A DNA stretch of 27,045 nucleotides from an uncultured Nitrospinaceae bacterium (GTDB lineage: Bacteria; UBA8248), in contig CAXFSR010000007.1 in assembly GCA_964005815.1 (NCBI GenBank), positions 1 through 27,045 on the forward strand. The letters are read 5' to 3'. The first letter of the stretch is position 1. Every line of letters starts with the position of its first letter. This document shows, in pieces, positions 25,463-27,045 of the stretch. The notes below the pieces were generated by a model. That model was not told where the DNA came from. It worked only from the letters and a program-made list of their open reading frames with translations, and did no database searches. The position numbers were made by a program, and so were the translations under genes.

Positions 25463-27043
25463 TTATTGAACTTGTATCACAAATTCTACACCGTGAGGTT
25501 CTATATTGTTTCTTGCAGATATACTCCATCCATGAAAATCTATTATTGATTTTACAAGGAAAAGACCAAATCCTTGATGTATACCTTCAGCTTCATTGTC
25601 ATTTTCTCTTTGGGAAAATCCTAGTTCAAAAATATTTCTCAAGTCATTTTGTTCGATCAAATGTCCTTGATTTCTAATGATAATTTCCGTTTGAGCATTT
25701 TTAGTTTCTATAAAACAGATAATTTCAGTGCCTTTTTTTCTGAAATCACTGGCATTTTCGAGAATAGCAGAGAAGACACGTTCTAGTGCATCAGGAATAC
25801 ATTCTACGAATGCCGTTTTTGATTTTTTTTCAAATCTTATATTGGAATCGGATGTTTGAAAATATTTGATGAATTCTTCCATAAACGCACATAGATCTAT
25901 TTTTTTTCTTTGTCCTGCATTTAGGGCTGAGATAACATTACTTGCATTTGTGAAATCTTGCAGAGTTTTTTCCGATAATTCTAATGTTTTTATTAATGAT
26001 TTTTGGGTTTCTTCTTTATTAGATTTAGAACTTAAGTTTGCGATTTTGAGGTGTAGCTTCGTAAAGTGTTGTCCAAGTTCATGTCTTAGAAAATCGGACA
26101 TTTTTACATAAAATGTATTTCGCTTTCTGATTTTCAAAAAGCTTAATTTGAGTATTTTTGCTAAGACTCCAATTTCGTCATTTTTGTCACTTTTCATTTT
26201 TCCAACGCTTGGGAGAATTTCTCCGTCGCTAGAAATGTATTGATTAATTTCTCTTTGCAAACTGTTATACCGATGTCCTATGTACAAAAGTAAAAACAAG
26301 AACAGTATGGTAGTGACCCCAATCACTATAGTCCCAGTAGCTGCTATTTTGTAAATTCCAAAAAACTTCTCTTCCAAGACCCTTTGCTGCCAAATGTAAA
26401 CAGTTTTTCCGAAAAGTGATGAACAATATGACGGTTTACTGAGGATTTGCTTTGGTAAAATTTGTTTTATATCCGTGCACATTGGAGATTGGTTACCTAC
26501 AAGTAATTCTCCAAATGATATGAGGAAAGCCTGTTTTTTTTGTGTGTTTTGGGCGTAGGAGTAATTTTCATCTTTTTTGAAAATAATTTTTTTGTTTGTA
26601 TCCATAATGATTAGACCATTTTGAGTTTCTTTTATTCTATTCATTATTTGTTCTAATACCCCGGTCAAAAAGAACGAAATATTTTTTTTAGATGAAATTT
26701 TGCAGAGAGGAGTAAGAGGTTTGTCTTGGTTATGTAAAGAGAATCGAATTTTATGCAATCCTTTAAGAATATTCTTTCTTTTTAGGGCAAGTATAAATGT
26801 TCCGTATGCATAATCACCACCCCCACCATTTTTTTTCCAAGATGATTCACTATCTTCGAGCATCCATTCGTTTTTTTCTCTTAGTAGAAAGGCTCCTTCT
26901 GTTTCACTTTTGTCATCGTCAGAATCTGTTTTTATGAAAATTGCTTTAAGTGGAGTTGAATTCTTGTTTTTATACAATAAATCAATTTTCATAAAATCTT
27001 CTTCTTTTATGTCATATCCTTCGAAATTTCCGGAAAAAATTAA
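25463..27043 (-). CDS. Membrane sensor histidine kinase (probably 5'-truncated by window edge)
   Basis: TM segment, HAMP-like DEIGVL, H-box RHELG, N-box ILENASDF, NQG, IFE, GFGLFLV. The frame is open with no stop from the track's ATG at 26992 to the window end (LIFSGNFEGYDIKEEDF). Confidence 0.85.
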   Translation of the reverse strand, partial: LIFSGNFEGYDIKEEDFMKIDLLYKNKNSTPLKAIFIKTDSDDDKSETEGAFLLREKNEWMLEDSESSWKKNGGGGDYAYGTFILALKRKNILKGLHKIRFSLHNQDKPLTPLCKISSKKNISFFLTGVLEQIMNRIKETQNGLIIMDTNKKIIFKKDENYSYAQNTQKKQAFLISFGELLVGNQSPMCTDIKQILPKQILSKPSYCSSLFGKTVYIWQQRVLEEKFFGIYKIAATGTIVIGVTTILFLFLLLYIGHRYNSLQREINQYISSDGEILPSVGKMKSDKNDEIGVLAKILKLSFLKIRKRNTFYVKMSDFLRHELGQHFTKLHLKIANLSSKSNKEETQKSLIKTLELSEKTLQDFTNASNVISALNAGQRKKIDLCAFMEEFIKYFQTSDSNIRFEKKSKTAFVECIPDALERVFSAILENASDFRKKGTEIICFIETKNAQTEIIIRNQGHLIEQNDLRNIFELGFSQRENDNEAEGIHQGFGLFLVKSIIDFHGWSISARNNIEPHGVEFVIQVQ

Positions 27044-27045
27044 CA

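Noticed and set aside
1247..26111. Short antisense or overlapping ORFs in the track (e.g. 1247-1519, 3406-3756, 5966-6190, 9649-10119, 12991-13284, 15111-15359, 18145-18486, 25866-26111)
   Set aside because: They overlap well-supported genes and show no recognisable motifs, so they are shadow ORFs.
1..27045. CRISPR array or long direct repeats
   Set aside because: No regularly spaced repeats seen. Intergenic gaps are short and explained by terminators, promoters, tRNAs or the HMA gene.

Overview
AT-rich bacterial chromosomal window using the standard code (TGA is a normal stop in four genes here). It holds the 3' end of a probable tRNA-His, tRNA-Arg(UCG), tRNA-Lys(CUU) and about 23 CDS. Most CDS are catabolic or transport genes: Bug/TctC binding protein, sulfatase, mandelate-racemase-family enolase, alpha/beta hydrolases, lactate permease, two DMT transporters, PrpF-like, CocE/NonD, TIM-barrel epimerase, LLM, PhoD, Gfo/Idh/MocA, SDR, 2-hydroxyacid dehydrogenase and VOC. 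The rest are a KamA-family radical SAM enzyme, rpoN, a D-Ala-D-Ala carboxypeptidase, metY and a 5'-truncated histidine kinase. The main finding is a gene missing from the ORF track at 14772..15062 (+). It encodes an exported MerP/CopZ-like HMA-domain protein in which both metal-binding Cys positions are in-frame TGA codons (GMT-U-PSS-U-P), followed by a SECIS-like hairpin. This is a probable two-selenocysteine metal-binding selenoprotein. No mobile elements or CRISPR arrays were recognised.
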